A DNA stretch of 64,000 nt. Source: a bacterium (lineage in GTDB: Bacteria; Bacteroidota; Rhodothermia; Balneolales; M1805). A program made the position numbers and the translations under genes. The notes below the pieces were generated by a model. The model saw only the letters and a program-made list of their open reading frames with translations, had not been told where the DNA came from and ran no database searches. This document shows, one piece after another, positions 1 through 11,029 of the stretch (within the stretch, counting starts at the first letter, position 1; the number at the start of each line of letters is the position of its first letter). The stretch is from positions 605-64,604 of the forward strand of contig SBGQ01000018.1 in the NCBI GenBank assembly GCA_006226965.1, written 5' to 3'.

Positions 1-540
1 TTATCTCTTGTTTACATCGGGCGACAAGTGTATTTAAAAACTCAAGGTGAACAAATTAATGGTGCAAAGATGTTATTCTTGCTTGCAGTAGTGCCGCTCC
101 ATGTGTTCATTTGTTATTCTGATGCTGTTCTAGCAACAGGTTTTTTTGCTTTTGGAGCGTTTGTGACAGTTTTCCATGATCTTCAATATCACGCCATTGT
201 CTGGTTTCATCACAAAAACAGATACCACAAACCCGGAGTTGATGCTTCTCGATTCGGTGTTGCTGCAAAAATCTCAAAAAACTTAGCCGTATTTATCTGT
301 TGTGCAATATTTATGGGTGTACTCGTTCGTTTATTAGGTTGTTCAATTGAAGTGCATCCGGGATGCTTTCCATTTTATATATCCAGCGAGAAAATGCTTT
401 TTGCGGATATGGGCGCGGATAAATTATTTCAAGGAGTGCTTATTGGATTTGCTTTACAGCATTACTTTTTAGATCAATTCATTTGGAGAACATCAAAAGA
501 CAAAGAATTGAATAAGGATTTAAAATTGGCTGAGAAGTAA
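1..540 (+). CDS. Hypothetical integral membrane protein, 3' portion (ORF open to the window edge)
   Basis: Frame 1 has no stop from nt 1 to the TAA at 538-540, so the listed GTG at 28 need not be the true start. It has several hydrophobic segments and His-rich motifs (HDLQYH, HHKNRYH). I cannot name a family. Confidence 0.4.
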   Translation, partial: LSLVYIGRQVYLKTQGEQINGAKMLFLLAVVPLHVFICYSDAVLATGFFAFGAFVTVFHDLQYHAIVWFHHKNRYHKPGVDASRFGVAAKISKNLAVFICCAIFMGVLVRLLGCSIEVHPGCFPFYISSEKMLFADMGADKLFQGVLIGFALQHYFLDQFIWRTSKDKELNKDLKLAEK

Positions 541-636
541 GCCTGAGTTCATAATCAAAATGTATTAGTTGGTTTTGATACCAAATTTTACCTATTTAAA
601 ATCCCTATCTTCCGCATGGATTAATTAGGAATAGGT

Positions 637-1419
637 ATGGCCCTTACATATACATCGTATTTAAAAATTGACGAATTACTTGAATTACAGGAAGTAAAAT
701 CGAGTCCGGCACAGCATGATGAAATGCTTTTTATCATTATCCATCAGACGTATGAGCTTTGGTTTAAGCAGATTTTGCACGAGATAGATTTAGTAAGAGA
801 GCAATTTGAATCAGGTAAGTCTTGGGCTGCCATTAAAACATTGCGTCGAATTTTAGTAATTATGAAAACGATTGTGGGGCAGAATGACATCCTTGAAACG
901 ATGACGCCGCTTTCCTTTGCATCTTTCAGAAAGTTTTTAGAATCAGCTTCGGGTTTTCAGTCCGTTCAATTTCGAGAGCTAGAAATTTTATTAGGTCTGA
1001 GACACAAACGTATGTTTAGCTTGCATGAAGAGCACAGTTCTGCTTATCAAACTTTAAAAAGAAGAACTGGAGAAGACACGATTTGGGAGTCGTTTGTAAA
1101 GTTACTTCAAGTGAAAGGATATGATGTGCCAAATCCTGTCAGATTAAACGAATCTGGATTGATGTTTAACCCTGACCCAGCAACACAAGATGTGATTTTT
1201 ACCATTTTACAAGAAAAAGACGAAATAGGTTTACTTTGCGAGTTGCTTGTAGATTTTGATGAAGGTTTGCAAGAATGGCGTTACCGCCATGTGAAAATGG
1301 TTGAAAGAACCATTGGAAATAAAATGGGAACGGGTGGAAGTGACGGCGTTAAATATTTAAAAAACACACTTCATAACTTCGTATTCCCAGATTTATGGGA
1401 AGTTAGAACCCGTTTTTAA
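637..1419 (+). CDS. kynA: Tryptophan 2,3-dioxygenase
   Basis: 260 aa. The motifs YTSYLKIDELLELQ, HDEMLFIIIHQTYELWFKQILHE and the C-terminal GTGGSDGVKYL are the conserved blocks of bacterial heme TDO. Confidence 0.85.
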   Translation: MALTYTSYLKIDELLELQEVKSSPAQHDEMLFIIIHQTYELWFKQILHEIDLVREQFESGKSWAAIKTLRRILVIMKTIVGQNDILETMTPLSFASFRKFLESASGFQSVQFRELEILLGLRHKRMFSLHEEHSSAYQTLKRRTGEDTIWESFVKLLQVKGYDVPNPVRLNESGLMFNPDPATQDVIFTILQEKDEIGLLCELLVDFDEGLQEWRYRHVKMVERTIGNKMGTGGSDGVKYLKNTLHNFVFPDLWEVRTRF

Positions 1420-1430
1420 TAGGTGTTGAA

Positions 1431-2600
1431 ATGAATCTTGATCAAATCGCTTTAAGCCTTCAATCTCATTATTCTGATTTTAAGGTTTCTGAACGTCTGT
1501 TATTTACAGGTCATTCACATCAGGCCTGGCCCAATGTCGCAAAGCAAGGTTTGTTAGAATGTTACTATGATGCCGCTAATTTGGTTGATGAAAAATGGGA
1601 AAAAGCATTCGAACGCATAGAACAATTAAGAAGCTATTTGAGAAACTGGTATAAGGACCCGAGAGGAAAATATACTCCGGCATCCAGTACGCATGATTTA
1701 TTGATTAAGTGGTTGTCAGCCTTAGCTTTAAAGCCGAATGATGAAATTGTTACTACAGGCGGAGAATTCTATTCCATTTTCAGACAAACAAAAGCATTAC
1801 ACGAAAACGGCGTTAAGGTGACTTTTGTTGACACAGAAGAGTTCCAAACGATTGATGAACGACTTTATGCTGCTATTCATCCGGATACAAAGGCAGTAAT
1901 TATTTCACGTGTTTTTTTTGAATCAGGTTTAAGAATGCAAAACTTGGAAGCCATTGCTCAAAAATGTGTGTCATTTGGTGTGCCATGTTTAATAGATGAC
2001 TATCACGGAACGAATGTTGTACTCGAAACAATTGGCGGAACAGTGTTTGAACAGGTGTATTGGTTGATTGGCGGTTATAAATACTTGCAGTGGGGCGAAG
2101 GAAATTGTTTTCTGAGATACCCTGAGACCTGTACGCTTAAACCTACGTTAACTGGCTGGTTTGCTTCATTTTCAACCCTCAAACTCAAAAAAAGTGAATA
2201 TACCATTCAATATGATGACCAGATGAAGTTTGCCGGTGCCACTTTCGACCCGACATCGGCTTACAGGGCATCAAAAGTAGTTTCATTTTTTGAAGAACAT
2301 CAACTTAACAAAGAAATATTGCCTGTGATTTACAGGAGAAGAGTAAGTGAATTGCGTGATGTGTTTCAAAGTTTAGGCTTAGATGAGAAAAAAATAGCCC
2401 TTGCTCATCACGAACCGGAAGAATCACGTGCAGGATTTATGACATTGAGAACAAAAGATGCACTTGGACTTCAAAAAAGATTGCTTAAAAAAGATGTCTT
2501 TACTGATGCGCGTGGGGAAATCATTCGATTCGGTCCGGCACCGTATACAACTTCAAGGCAAATTGAACAGGTGATGGAGCTTCTAAAATCTGCTATTTAA
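1431..2600 (+). CDS. kynU: Kynureninase-like PLP-dependent hydrolase (aminotransferase class V fold)
   Basis: 389 aa, starting 11 nt after kynA. GGYKYLQWGEGNCFL resembles the kynureninase PLP-lysine block (x-YKYLN-x-GPG-xxx-FL). The size fits and the gene is linked to TDO. Confidence 0.6.
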   Translation: MNLDQIALSLQSHYSDFKVSERLLFTGHSHQAWPNVAKQGLLECYYDAANLVDEKWEKAFERIEQLRSYLRNWYKDPRGKYTPASSTHDLLIKWLSALALKPNDEIVTTGGEFYSIFRQTKALHENGVKVTFVDTEEFQTIDERLYAAIHPDTKAVIISRVFFESGLRMQNLEAIAQKCVSFGVPCLIDDYHGTNVVLETIGGTVFEQVYWLIGGYKYLQWGEGNCFLRYPETCTLKPTLTGWFASFSTLKLKKSEYTIQYDDQMKFAGATFDPTSAYRASKVVSFFEEHQLNKEILPVIYRRRVSELRDVFQSLGLDEKKIALAHHEPEESRAGFMTLRTKDALGLQKRLLKKDVFTDARGEIIRFGPAPYTTSRQIEQVMELLKSAI

Positions 2601-2826
2601 ACGGAGCAAATTGGAAATTCAAGTTTAAATTTTAATACATCAAAAAAATATTTTTACTACGTAAAGGCTGCGAAGTCGTCTGTTGTATCAGCTTAAACCT
2701 GTAAGAAATAAAAATTTATCGGGTCTATTCGCCAGAACATGACAAGAATCGTCACCTTGCAAACTTATTTTTGCTTTGAAAGATGATTCACATATATTTC
2801 ACACATATACTTAACGGAATTTTATT

Positions 2827-3885
2827 ATGGCAAAAGAAATTAAAGCTGAAGAACCTAAAAACGAGCGATTAAAAGCCCTTCAACTGGCAATGGATCAACT
2901 CGAAAAGCAACACGGAAAAGGTACCATCATGCGCTTAGGTGATGGAGTAAGTGTTGATGTAGATGTTATTTCAACCGGTTCTTTATCGGTGGATTATGCA
3001 TTGGGCGTTGGCGGAATTCCTCGCGGACGAATTACAGAAATCTACGGTCCAGAATCGTCCGGTAAAACGACTTTGGCTTTGCATGTAATTGCCGAAGCTC
3101 AAAAAGCAGGCGGTTATGCAGCGTTTATTGATGCGGAACATGCTTTTGATCCTAAATATGCACGGTCATTAGGTATCAAAATCGATGAATTATTAGTCTC
3201 TCAGCCTGATAGCGGTGAACAAGCTTTAGAAATTGCCGAAACCTTAATTCGTTCAGCAGCTTTAGATGTCGTAGTTATCGACTCTGTTGCGGCCTTAGTT
3301 CCAAGAGCGGAATTAGAAGGTGATATGGGGGATTCCCACATGGGTTTGCAAGCTCGTTTGATGTCTCAAGCCCTCAGAAAATTAACAGGTATTGTTAACA
3401 AAACACGCACCGCTGTAATTTTTATCAACCAAGTTCGTGATAAAATTGGTGTAATGTTTGGCAACCCGGAAACTACTACAGGTGGACGTGCACTTAAGTT
3501 TTATGCTTCTGTTCGTGTTGATATTCGCCGAGTTGGTGCTATTAAAAAAGGTGAAGATGTAATCGGTAACCGAACAAAGGTTAAAGTAGTTAAGAACAAA
3601 GTTGCACCTCCTTTCAAACAAGTAGAATTTGATATTCTATATGGTAAAGGAATTTCAAAATTGGGAGAAATCCTTGATTTGGCTGTAAATATGGACATTA
3701 TCCAAAAACGCGGATCTTGGTTCAGATATAATGGCGAACCAATTGGTCAAGGAGCAGATGCCGCCATGCAGTTCTTAGCTGAGGATCCAAGCTTATGTAA
3801 AACCGTGGAAGACGCAGTAAAAGCTCAAATGGCTGGTGTTCCAATGTTAGCTAACGATGAGGATAGCCCGTCTTCTGATGATTAA
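2827..3885 (+). CDS. recA: Recombinase RecA
   Basis: 352 aa. Walker [10 protein letters not shown], plus [13 protein letters not shown] and [22 protein letters not shown], are canonical RecA blocks. Confidence 0.97.
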   Translation: MAKEIKAEEPKNERLKALQLAMDQLEKQHGKGTIMRLGDGVSVDVDVISTGSLSVDYALGVGGIPRGRITEIYGPESSGKTTLALHVIAEAQKAGGYAAFIDAEHAFDPKYARSLGIKIDELLVSQPDSGEQALEIAETLIRSAALDVVVIDSVAALVPRAELEGDMGDSHMGLQARLMSQALRKLTGIVNKTRTAVIFINQVRDKIGVMFGNPETTTGGRALKFYASVRVDIRRVGAIKKGEDVIGNRTKVKVVKNKVAPPFKQVEFDILYGKGISKLGEILDLAVNMDIIQKRGSWFRYNGEPIGQGADAAMQFLAEDPSLCKTVEDAVKAQMAGVPMLANDEDSPSSDD

Positions 3886-3906
3886 TCGAATCGTTTGAAA
3901 AGAATT

Positions 3907-3931
3907 GGCCGCTAAATGCGGCCTTTTTTTT
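3907..3931 (+). terminator. Rho-independent terminator after recA
   Basis: GGCCGC-TAAAT-GCGGCC hairpin (3907-3923) followed by eight T (3924-3931). Confidence 0.7.
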
Positions 3932-3951
3932 AGAAAAAAGTAGTTTATCCA

Positions 3952-4638
3952 ATGCTTGTAAAAAAAATACAATTAACACCACCGGAGTCACCTGTTACTT
4001 TACCCGGAAAGATTACATCCATAACCGTTCAGTCTGTAAAGAAAGACAGATGCTCAATTTTTGTTGAAGGTGAGTTTTTAATCGGTATTGAGCAAAACTT
4101 GTTATTACAGTTTGGATTCAAAAAAGGTGAAATTGTACAGCCTGAGCATTATGAAGAATTGTGGGAGATAGAACAGCAAAACAAGGTTTTCCATTGGTTG
4201 TTAAGTCGTTTAGAGACACGAGCACACGGCAAAGAAGAACTGCGTCAAAAAGCAAAACTCAAAGGTTTTCCTAATCATTGGATTGAGCCTGCCATTCAAA
4301 AAGTTGAAAAATTAAGCTTGTTGAATGATGAACAATTTGCCAGAAGTTTCTGCAATGATAAATTTCGGTTTAAAAAATGGGGCCCTGTTAAAATAAAAGT
4401 TGAATTAAAAAAGAAGGGGATTGCTGATTCCGTGATTCAAAAAGTAGTAGCTGAATTACATCGAGAACAGGATTTTAAACAAGAAATAAATGCCTTACTT
4501 GCAAAGAGAGAGCGTCATTTTAATCGAGAATCAGATATTCAAAAGAGAAAACAAAAAATGATGAGTTATTTGGCAGGTAAAGGTTATCCCATGCAAGAAA
4601 TTATGAATGTGTTAAGAAACTTAAATTCATCAAAATAA
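3952..4638 (+). CDS. recX: RecX-family regulatory protein (long form)
   Basis: 228 aa immediately downstream of recA. The helical-repeat region (EQFARSFCNDKFRFKKWGPVKIKVELKKKGI) is typical of RecX. It also has an N-terminal extension of about 80 aa. Confidence 0.7.
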   Translation: MLVKKIQLTPPESPVTLPGKITSITVQSVKKDRCSIFVEGEFLIGIEQNLLLQFGFKKGEIVQPEHYEELWEIEQQNKVFHWLLSRLETRAHGKEELRQKAKLKGFPNHWIEPAIQKVEKLSLLNDEQFARSFCNDKFRFKKWGPVKIKVELKKKGIADSVIQKVVAELHREQDFKQEINALLAKRERHFNRESDIQKRKQKMMSYLAGKGYPMQEIMNVLRNLNSSK

Positions 4639-4692
4639 GTTTTAATTAGTTCGGTTTACATCAGTTCAAAATAATATCTTGTCGAAAATTAG

Positions 4693-5766
4693 ATGAGTAT
4701 GAAATTTTTAACCATTGAGCGGGTCTTAAAAACACTTTTTGTTGTGGGTGTAGTCATCACATTGACTTTCCTCATGGTTACCTATTCAACGATTGTTATC
4801 TACACCTTAATTGCCGTTGTTTTATCCTACGTAATTGAGCCGATTGTAAATAAAATTCAGGCGAAAGGCCTGCCTCGGGTTCCGGCGATTTTAATATCGA
4901 TGAATGTTGTTTTATTGCTGTTAATTTGGGTGTTTACCAGTGTTTTCCCATCAGTTATCGGGCAAATTATTAATCTTGCTCAGCAATTAAACATTCCGAA
5001 TGTTCAGGCAATTGCAACCAAGATTGAAACACGAGTGATTGAAGTGATTCCATTTTTACCCGCCGGTTTTTTGAGAGATGCAGCTGTTAATTTGCTAACT
5101 AAAGTATTTGAATTCGGTGGTCTACAAGACACTATTTCACAAGTGCTAAATGTGTTTACAAATGTATTTTATGCCGTTTTGATTATTCCTTTTTCTACGT
5201 TTTTCTTTCTAAAAGACGGCTCGAATTTTCGTAGAAAAGTATTAGAGTGGGTTCCGAACGATTATTTTGAGATGACCCTAACCATTTTATCTAAAATTGA
5301 ATACCGACTCGTTCAGTATTTCAAAAGTGTTGGTCTACAAAGTTTATTTGTTGGTTTATTATCGTGGATATTGCTTTCTCTGTTTGGATTTAAAAACGCC
5401 TTAGCGATTGCAGTCGTTACCGGAGTTGCTAATACCATACCCTATTTTGGTCCGGTTATGGGTTACGTGTTAGCAATAATTGTGGCGATTTTTGAAACCG
5501 GAAATTTTGATTTAGTGCTGTTTGGTGTACTTGCCATTTTTATAACACAAGTGGTAGATAACATCGTGTTTCAACCTGTTTTATTTTCGAAATCAGCTGA
5601 TTTACACCCCGTTTTGATTTTATTTGCAGTACTTGTAGGTGCAGAGACCGCTGGTATTGTTGGTATGTTGATGGCGATTCCATTGGCAACAACCTTGAAA
5701 ATATTAATTCGTGAAATCTCAAAATCTTTAAATCGATACCATGTTTTCAGAGTTCGAAATACCTGA
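4693..5766 (+). CDS. AI-2E family transporter (PerM/UPF0118-like permease)
   Basis: 357 aa polytopic membrane protein. FFFLKDG, the IPYFGP motif and the C-terminal MLMAIPLA are typical of the AI-2E/UPF0118 family. Confidence 0.7.
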   Translation: MSMKFLTIERVLKTLFVVGVVITLTFLMVTYSTIVIYTLIAVVLSYVIEPIVNKIQAKGLPRVPAILISMNVVLLLLIWVFTSVFPSVIGQIINLAQQLNIPNVQAIATKIETRVIEVIPFLPAGFLRDAAVNLLTKVFEFGGLQDTISQVLNVFTNVFYAVLIIPFSTFFFLKDGSNFRRKVLEWVPNDYFEMTLTILSKIEYRLVQYFKSVGLQSLFVGLLSWILLSLFGFKNALAIAVVTGVANTIPYFGPVMGYVLAIIVAIFETGNFDLVLFGVLAIFITQVVDNIVFQPVLFSKSADLHPVLILFAVLVGAETAGIVGMLMAIPLATTLKILIREISKSLNRYHVFRVRNT

Positions 5767-6700
5767 TATCAAATTAAAACCGCTACCAAAAAACGGTACC
5801 ATTGCAATTACTTGTCCGGCTTCAACCCCAAATTCAGAGAAGTTAGAAAAAGGGGTGGCCTATTTGGAAAACAGAGGTTATACAGTTGTAATAGGTGATA
5901 CTTGTTATGCAAAACAAGATTATACAGCCGGTGATGAACCCATGCGCGCAAATGAGTTATTGGATTTTATTGATGATGATTCTGTAAATGCTATTTTTTG
6001 TGCAAGAGGCGGTTTCGGCAGCATGAAACTGCTACGAATGCTAGATTATGAACTTGTCAAAGAAAAACGAAAATTGATAACAGGTTTTTCGGATTTAACA
6101 GCATTATTGTGGGGGATTTACACTCAAACCGGAGTGCCATCAATTTCGGGAATGTTGCCGGCAGTAGATTTTTGCAGTGCTGATATTCCAACACAATTTG
6201 AAAATCAGTTTTGGGAACTTATAAATACCGGACATTTTCGGACAGAGCTTAATGTAAGTCCTGTTTTTTTTAATGAAAAGGTATTATCTGAAGTTGAAGG
6301 AGTAATATTTCCGGGAACGTTATCCTTAATCTCAAAATTGATTGGGTCGCCATATTTGCCGGATACCCAAAACGGAATTTTGATGCTGGAAGATATTGGT
6401 GAGCCAATTCATAAAGTGGATGGTTATTTAGAGCATTTGTCGCTTTCAGGTATGTTAAGCTCCTCAAAAGCAGTTTGTTTAGGGGCGTTTTCTCCGGCAG
6501 AAAAAGAAGAATATGATGAAGTGCCAAGTTGGCAAACGATGTTCCAACGAGTATTCCGTTCGATTCCAACTCCGGCAATTACAGGGTTTCCTTATGGGCA
6601 TATTCCTGCAAAATTAAGTTTACCATTGGGTGTACCTGTTCGTGTATCTTTCGATTCCAAAATTACCATTGAAACACTTAGTCCACTTTTTGAATCGTGA
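5741..6700 (+). CDS. ldcA: LD-carboxypeptidase (peptidase S66, muramoyltetrapeptide carboxypeptidase-like)
   Basis: 319 aa. ARGGFGS and the GFSDLTALL nucleophile block, plus a C-terminal GH region, match the S66 family. It overlaps the upstream gene by 26 nt. Confidence 0.8.
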   Translation: MFSEFEIPDIKLKPLPKNGTIAITCPASTPNSEKLEKGVAYLENRGYTVVIGDTCYAKQDYTAGDEPMRANELLDFIDDDSVNAIFCARGGFGSMKLLRMLDYELVKEKRKLITGFSDLTALLWGIYTQTGVPSISGMLPAVDFCSADIPTQFENQFWELINTGHFRTELNVSPVFFNEKVLSEVEGVIFPGTLSLISKLIGSPYLPDTQNGILMLEDIGEPIHKVDGYLEHLSLSGMLSSSKAVCLGAFSPAEKEEYDEVPSWQTMFQRVFRSIPTPAITGFPYGHIPAKLSLPLGVPVRVSFDSKITIETLSPLFES

Positions 6701-7284
6701 AAAAGACCATTCTAGTATTTGCATCAGGTTCTGGTTCCAATTTTCAATCAATTATTGATGCAATCGATTCAGGAGCATTAGATGCTCAGATTTGTGGACT
6801 CATTGTAAATAAAGAAGGAATTGGAGCGATAGAGAGAGCACAAAAAAAAGGAATTCCGGTTTTTCATATATCAGAAAAACAGACAGCGGATTATTCCTCA
6901 TTTGCTCAACTGATGCTTGCAACTTGTTTAAAATTAGATCCTGATGTTATTGCTCTGGCCGGATATATGCGTAAAATTCCGGTACAGCTCATTCAAGCGT
7001 TTGAAGGCCGGATATTAAATATTCATCCTGCATTATTACCGAAATTCGGTGGAAAAGGCATGTATGGTATGAATGTGCATCGCGCGGTAGTTGAAGCTAA
7101 AGAATCAGAAACGGGTTGTACAATTCATGTTGTAACAGAAGAGTTCGACGAAGGGCCGATACTCGCACAGGCAAAAGTCCCCGTTTATGAAACCGATTCG
7201 GCTGAAGATGTTCAAAAACGAGTACTAACAGAAGAGCATAAGTTGTACCCCAACGTGTTACAACAGTTTTTGAATAGTATTTGA
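6697..7284 (+). CDS. purN: Phosphoribosylglycinamide formyltransferase
   Basis: 195 aa. The motifs VFASGSGSNFQ, ILNIHPALLPKFGG and GCTIHVVTEEFDEGPIL match PurN. Its GTG start overlaps the ldcA stop (GTGA). Confidence 0.9.
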   Translation: MKKTILVFASGSGSNFQSIIDAIDSGALDAQICGLIVNKEGIGAIERAQKKGIPVFHISEKQTADYSSFAQLMLATCLKLDPDVIALAGYMRKIPVQLIQAFEGRILNIHPALLPKFGGKGMYGMNVHRAVVEAKESETGCTIHVVTEEFDEGPILAQAKVPVYETDSAEDVQKRVLTEEHKLYPNVLQQFLNSI

Positions 7285-7285
7285 A

Positions 7286-7321
7286 TAAAAAATGGAGATG
7301 CATTATTCATACATCTCCATC
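7286..7321 (-). terminator. Terminator hairpin downstream of maeB
   Basis: ATGGAGATG (7292-7300) pairs with CATCTCCAT (7312-7320). On the minus strand the hairpin is followed by a TTTTT run (7287-7291). Confidence 0.5.
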
Positions 7322-7333
7322 CGTCAAAAGAAA

Positions 7334-9601
7334 TTAAGAATTGCTCTGCGCATCAACTACAGCAATAGTTGCCAAGTTAATGATTTCTTTTACTGAGCAA
7401 CCCAAAGGCAATACGTGCATTGGTTTCTTCATTCCCAATAAAATTGGTCCGATAAGTTCCGCTCCGCCTAATTCCTGCATCAATTTGTAAGCGATGTTAC
7501 CGGATGAAAGGTTCGGGAAAATGAGCGTATTTACATTGTTATCTACTAATGTAGAGAATGGGAATTGCTCTTTCATCAAGTCTTTATTCACAGCAAAGTT
7601 AGCTTGAATCTCACCATCTACAATAATTTCCGGATGATGCTTATGCAAGTATTCTACAGCTTCTTTTACTTTATTTGGCGATTCTCCTTCACTGGAACCA
7701 AAATTTGAATAGGACAACATGGCAATGCGCGGAGTAATTCCAAAGCGTTGAATAGCCTGTGCAGTAATCAATGTAATATCAACCAAATCTGATGCGGTCG
7801 GGTCAACATTTACCGTAGTATCAGCAAAGAAGAAAGTACCGCGCTTGGTTGTAACGATATACATACCGGCTGCTTTTCGAACACCTTCTTGCATTCCGAT
7901 AATTTGAAGTGCCGGTTTAATCGGACTCGCATAATTTTTTGTGATACCTGAAACCATAGCGTCAGCAAAGCCTTTTTCAACCATCATGGCGCCAAAATGA
8001 TTTCGATTACGCATTTGTTGTACAGCGTCGCTTAATGTCACACCTTTGCGTTGGCGTTTTTCAAAATAGGTTTGAGCGAATTCTTTACCCATTTTTATGC
8101 CTGTTTCACTACGCGGATCCATCATAGCAATATCAGTTAAGTCTAAACTGAAATCATCGGCAATTTCTCGGATGGCTTTGGGATTCCCTAATAAAATAGG
8201 TTCTGCAATTCCGTCTTCTTTTAAAGCCTGAGCAGCTTTTAAGATTTTGTAGTTATCAGCTTCAGCAAAAACAACACGTTTCGGATGTTCTTTTGCTTTT
8301 CCTGTTAAAGCACGAATTAATTTGTTGTCATTTCCTAAAAGTGACATCAAACTAAGTTTATATTCTTCCCAATTTTCGATGTTTTTTCCAGCCACACCGG
8401 AATCAACGGCAGCTTTAGCAACAGCCGGAGAAATAGTGTAAATCAATCGAGGATCAGTAGGTTTGGGGATGATGTAATCTTTCCCGAAACTCAAATTCTT
8501 AGAACTGTAAGCCATGTTTACAGAATCAGGAACCGGTTCTTTAGCAAGCTCTGCAAGTGCGTAAGTTGCCGCCATTTTCATTTCTTCGTTGATTTTTGAT
8601 GCACGTACATCTAAAGCACCTCTGAAGATGTATGGAAAACCAAGTACGTTATTTACCTGATTGGGATGATCAGAACGACCAGTAGCAATAATAATATCGT
8701 CTCTGGAATCAACCGCATCTTGATAAGAGATTTCTGGTGTCGGGTTTGCAAGCGCAAAAACGATTGGGTTTTTTGCCATGCTTTGAACCATCAGTTTACT
8801 AACCACATTTCCTTTGGATAAACCCACAAATACATCGGCGCCGCGCATGGCTTCTTCCAAAGTCGTGAGTTCGGTATCAACGGCGAAAAATTGTTTTTGC
8901 TCGTCCAGATTGGTGCGTTTGGTGCTGATAACACCTTTACTATCAAGCATTAAAATATTCTCTTTTTTAACACCTACAGCTATATATAATTTAGCGCAGG
9001 AAATAGCAGAAGCACCCGCACCGTTTATAACCAATTTAACATCAGCTAAATTCTTTTCAGCAATTTCACAGGCATTAATCAAAGCGGCGGCAGAAATAAT
9101 GGCAGTTCCATGCTGGTCGTCGTGCATTAAAGGAATATCCAATTCTTCTTTTAAGCGACGTTCGATTTCGAAACACTCAGGGGCTTTGATATCCTCTAAG
9201 TTAATTCCTCCGAACGTAGGAGCAATGTTTTTAACGGTTTCAATGAATGCATCTACGTTTTCTGTGCCGATTTCTATATCAAACACATCGATACCTGCAT
9301 AGATTTTGAAAAGCATTCCTTTGCCTTCCATCACAGGTTTTGATGCCAAAGCACCAATGTTTCCTAAGCCTAATACTGCTGTTCCGTTCGAAATCACGGC
9401 AACTAAATTTCCTTTCGCGGTGTAGGCATACACATCCTCAGGTTTATCTGCAATTTCTAAACAAGGGTCGGCTACACCCGGAGAATAAGCCAAAGATAAG
9501 TCGCGCTGAGTTTGATATGGTTTTGTTGGGACAACTTCAATTTTTCCCGGACGCCCTTCACTATGATAACTTAGAGCATCTTGTTTTTTCAAATTTAACA
9601 T
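7334..9601 (-). CDS. maeB: NADP-dependent malic enzyme (malic enzyme domain plus phosphate-acetyltransferase-like domain)
   Basis: 755 aa. The N-terminus ([34 protein letters not shown]) is a malic enzyme domain. The C-terminal 330 aa or so is PTA-like, as in MaeB. Confidence 0.93.
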   Translation of the reverse strand: MLNLKKQDALSYHSEGRPGKIEVVPTKPYQTQRDLSLAYSPGVADPCLEIADKPEDVYAYTAKGNLVAVISNGTAVLGLGNIGALASKPVMEGKGMLFKIYAGIDVFDIEIGTENVDAFIETVKNIAPTFGGINLEDIKAPECFEIERRLKEELDIPLMHDDQHGTAIISAAALINACEIAEKNLADVKLVINGAGASAISCAKLYIAVGVKKENILMLDSKGVISTKRTNLDEQKQFFAVDTELTTLEEAMRGADVFVGLSKGNVVSKLMVQSMAKNPIVFALANPTPEISYQDAVDSRDDIIIATGRSDHPNQVNNVLGFPYIFRGALDVRASKINEEMKMAATYALAELAKEPVPDSVNMAYSSKNLSFGKDYIIPKPTDPRLIYTISPAVAKAAVDSGVAGKNIENWEEYKLSLMSLLGNDNKLIRALTGKAKEHPKRVVFAEADNYKILKAAQALKEDGIAEPILLGNPKAIREIADDFSLDLTDIAMMDPRSETGIKMGKEFAQTYFEKRQRKGVTLSDAVQQMRNRNHFGAMMVEKGFADAMVSGITKNYASPIKPALQIIGMQEGVRKAAGMYIVTTKRGTFFFADTTVNVDPTASDLVDITLITAQAIQRFGITPRIAMLSYSNFGSSEGESPNKVKEAVEYLHKHHPEIIVDGEIQANFAVNKDLMKEQFPFSTLVDNNVNTLIFPNLSSGNIAYKLMQELGGAELIGPILLGMKKPMHVLPLGCSVKEIINLATIAVVDAQSNS

Positions 9602-9784
9602 GGGTATGTACTTCCAATAGATTTTACGAGTTGAACGTATGCGCTAAGGTACTTGATTCTATTGGTGCCTTACAAGTAAATAATGATTGCCGAACGTAAA
9701 AAGACTGTTTGGGCTTAATATGCTAACTGTCTGTTTGCTAATTAGTTAGATTAAGCTTGATTTTATGCATTGTGAAGCGGATGG

Positions 9785-11029
9785 CTATGGGTTTCGAGTC
9801 GATCCGTTGCTGCTCACGAGCCACTTGTAGCTGGTAAGTTCGGCTAAACCCATCGGGCCGCGAGCATGTAGTTTTTGTGTGCTGATTCCGATTTCAGCGC
9901 CGAGACCGAATTGAGCACCATCGGTAAACGCCGTCGAGGTATTCACATAAACAACGGCAGCATCTACCGACTTCTGAAATAACTCCGCGTTTTCTTTATT
10001 TGCAGTGATAATAGCTTCACTGTGTTTTGATGAATAAATTGCGATATGGTCTAAAGCATCCCGCAGGTTGGCAACCGTTTTAATAGCCATTTTATAGCTC
10101 AGAAATTCTGTGCCAAAATGTGTCGCATCTGCTTTGTGCAGTAATTCATCAGGATAAACGCCGTCTAAATGGCTGAATGCCTGCTCATCTGCAAAAATTT
10201 GTACTTCATGGGAGGACATCTCGCTTACCAATTCATACAAATCAATTAAGCGAGATTCGTGGATAATCAAACAATCTAAAGCATTACAAACCGAAACTCT
10301 GCGGGTTTTTGCATTGGTGATAATTTTTGCAGCAAGCTGCAAATCTGCAGTTTCATCCACAAAGGTATGCACAATTCCGGCCCCGGTTTCAATTACAGGA
10401 ACCTTTGAATTCTCCCGGACAAAATCAATGAGCTGTTGACTCCCACGCGGAATAATGACATCGACATATTCGGTTACTTTTAAAAGCTTTTCCGTAGAAC
10501 TGCGATCACTTGGTAAAAGTTCGATTGCGTTTACCGGTAAATGATTAGCTTCTAATTCAGATTTAATGAGTTCTACAATAGCTTTATTAGAATTTTCAGC
10601 ATCGCTTCCGCCTTTTAGCAGACAAACATTCCCCGATTTTAAGCACAGAGAAAAAACATCGAAGGTGACATTCGGGCGGGCCTCGTAAATGATTCCGACA
10701 ACACCCAAAGGAACCGAAATACGTTTAATTTCCAAACCGTTTGGTAAACTGCGTTCATCCAATTCCATTCCAAGCGGTGAAGGCATCAGAGCGACTTTAC
10801 GCATATCGTTGGCAATTCCGATTAGACGCTCTGAAGTAAGCTTAAGGCGATCGAACTTAGGATCGTCTTTATCCATTCTATCTAAATCCAATTGATTGGC
10901 AGCCAATAAGATATCATGGCTTTGGTCAACTTTATCAGCTAAAAACGTTAAAAACGCACTTATCTGAGCGTTTTCAATTAACGGCAATTGTCTGGCAGCA
11001 AGTTTTGCAGATTCTAAAATTTCTTTCAT
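9785..11029 (-). CDS. proA: Glutamate-5-semialdehyde dehydrogenase
   Basis: 414 aa. [20 protein letters not shown] and [18 protein letters not shown] are ProA blocks. It overlaps proB by 4 nt. Confidence 0.93.
   Translation of the reverse strand: MKEILESAKLAARQLPLIENAQISAFLTFLADKVDQSHDILLAANQLDLDRMDKDDPKFDRLKLTSERLIGIANDMRKVALMPSPLGMELDERSLPNGLEIKRISVPLGVVGIIYEARPNVTFDVFSLCLKSGNVCLLKGGSDAENSNKAIVELIKSELEANHLPVNAIELLPSDRSSTEKLLKVTEYVDVIIPRGSQQLIDFVRENSKVPVIETGAGIVHTFVDETADLQLAAKIITNAKTRRVSVCNALDCLIIHESRLIDLYELVSEMSSHEVQIFADEQAFSHLDGVYPDELLHKADATHFGTEFLSYKMAIKTVANLRDALDHIAIYSSKHSEAIITANKENAELFQKSVDAAVVYVNTSTAFTDGAQFGLGAEIGISTQKLHARGPMGLAELTSYKWLVSSNGSTRNP

Noticed and set aside
2600-2826. A LexA/SOS box upstream of recA, and the direct repeat TTCACATATA / TTCACACATATA (2787-2809).
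   Set aside because: I found no match to the LexA motifs I know (CTGT-N8-ACAG, GAAC-N4-GTTC). The direct repeat is short, AT-rich and imperfect, so it is not supportable as a site without comparative data.
8814-9302. 162-aa plus-strand ORF inside maeB. Similar antisense ORFs occur at 3382-3698, 6270-6578, 10689-10895, 20292-21806, 25352-25597, 36398-37045, 40953-41294, 47977-48261 and elsewhere.
   Set aside because: Each lies entirely within, and antisense or out of frame to, a long gene with strong family signatures. The translations are low-complexity or Ser/Leu/Phe-rich, as expected of shadow ORFs.
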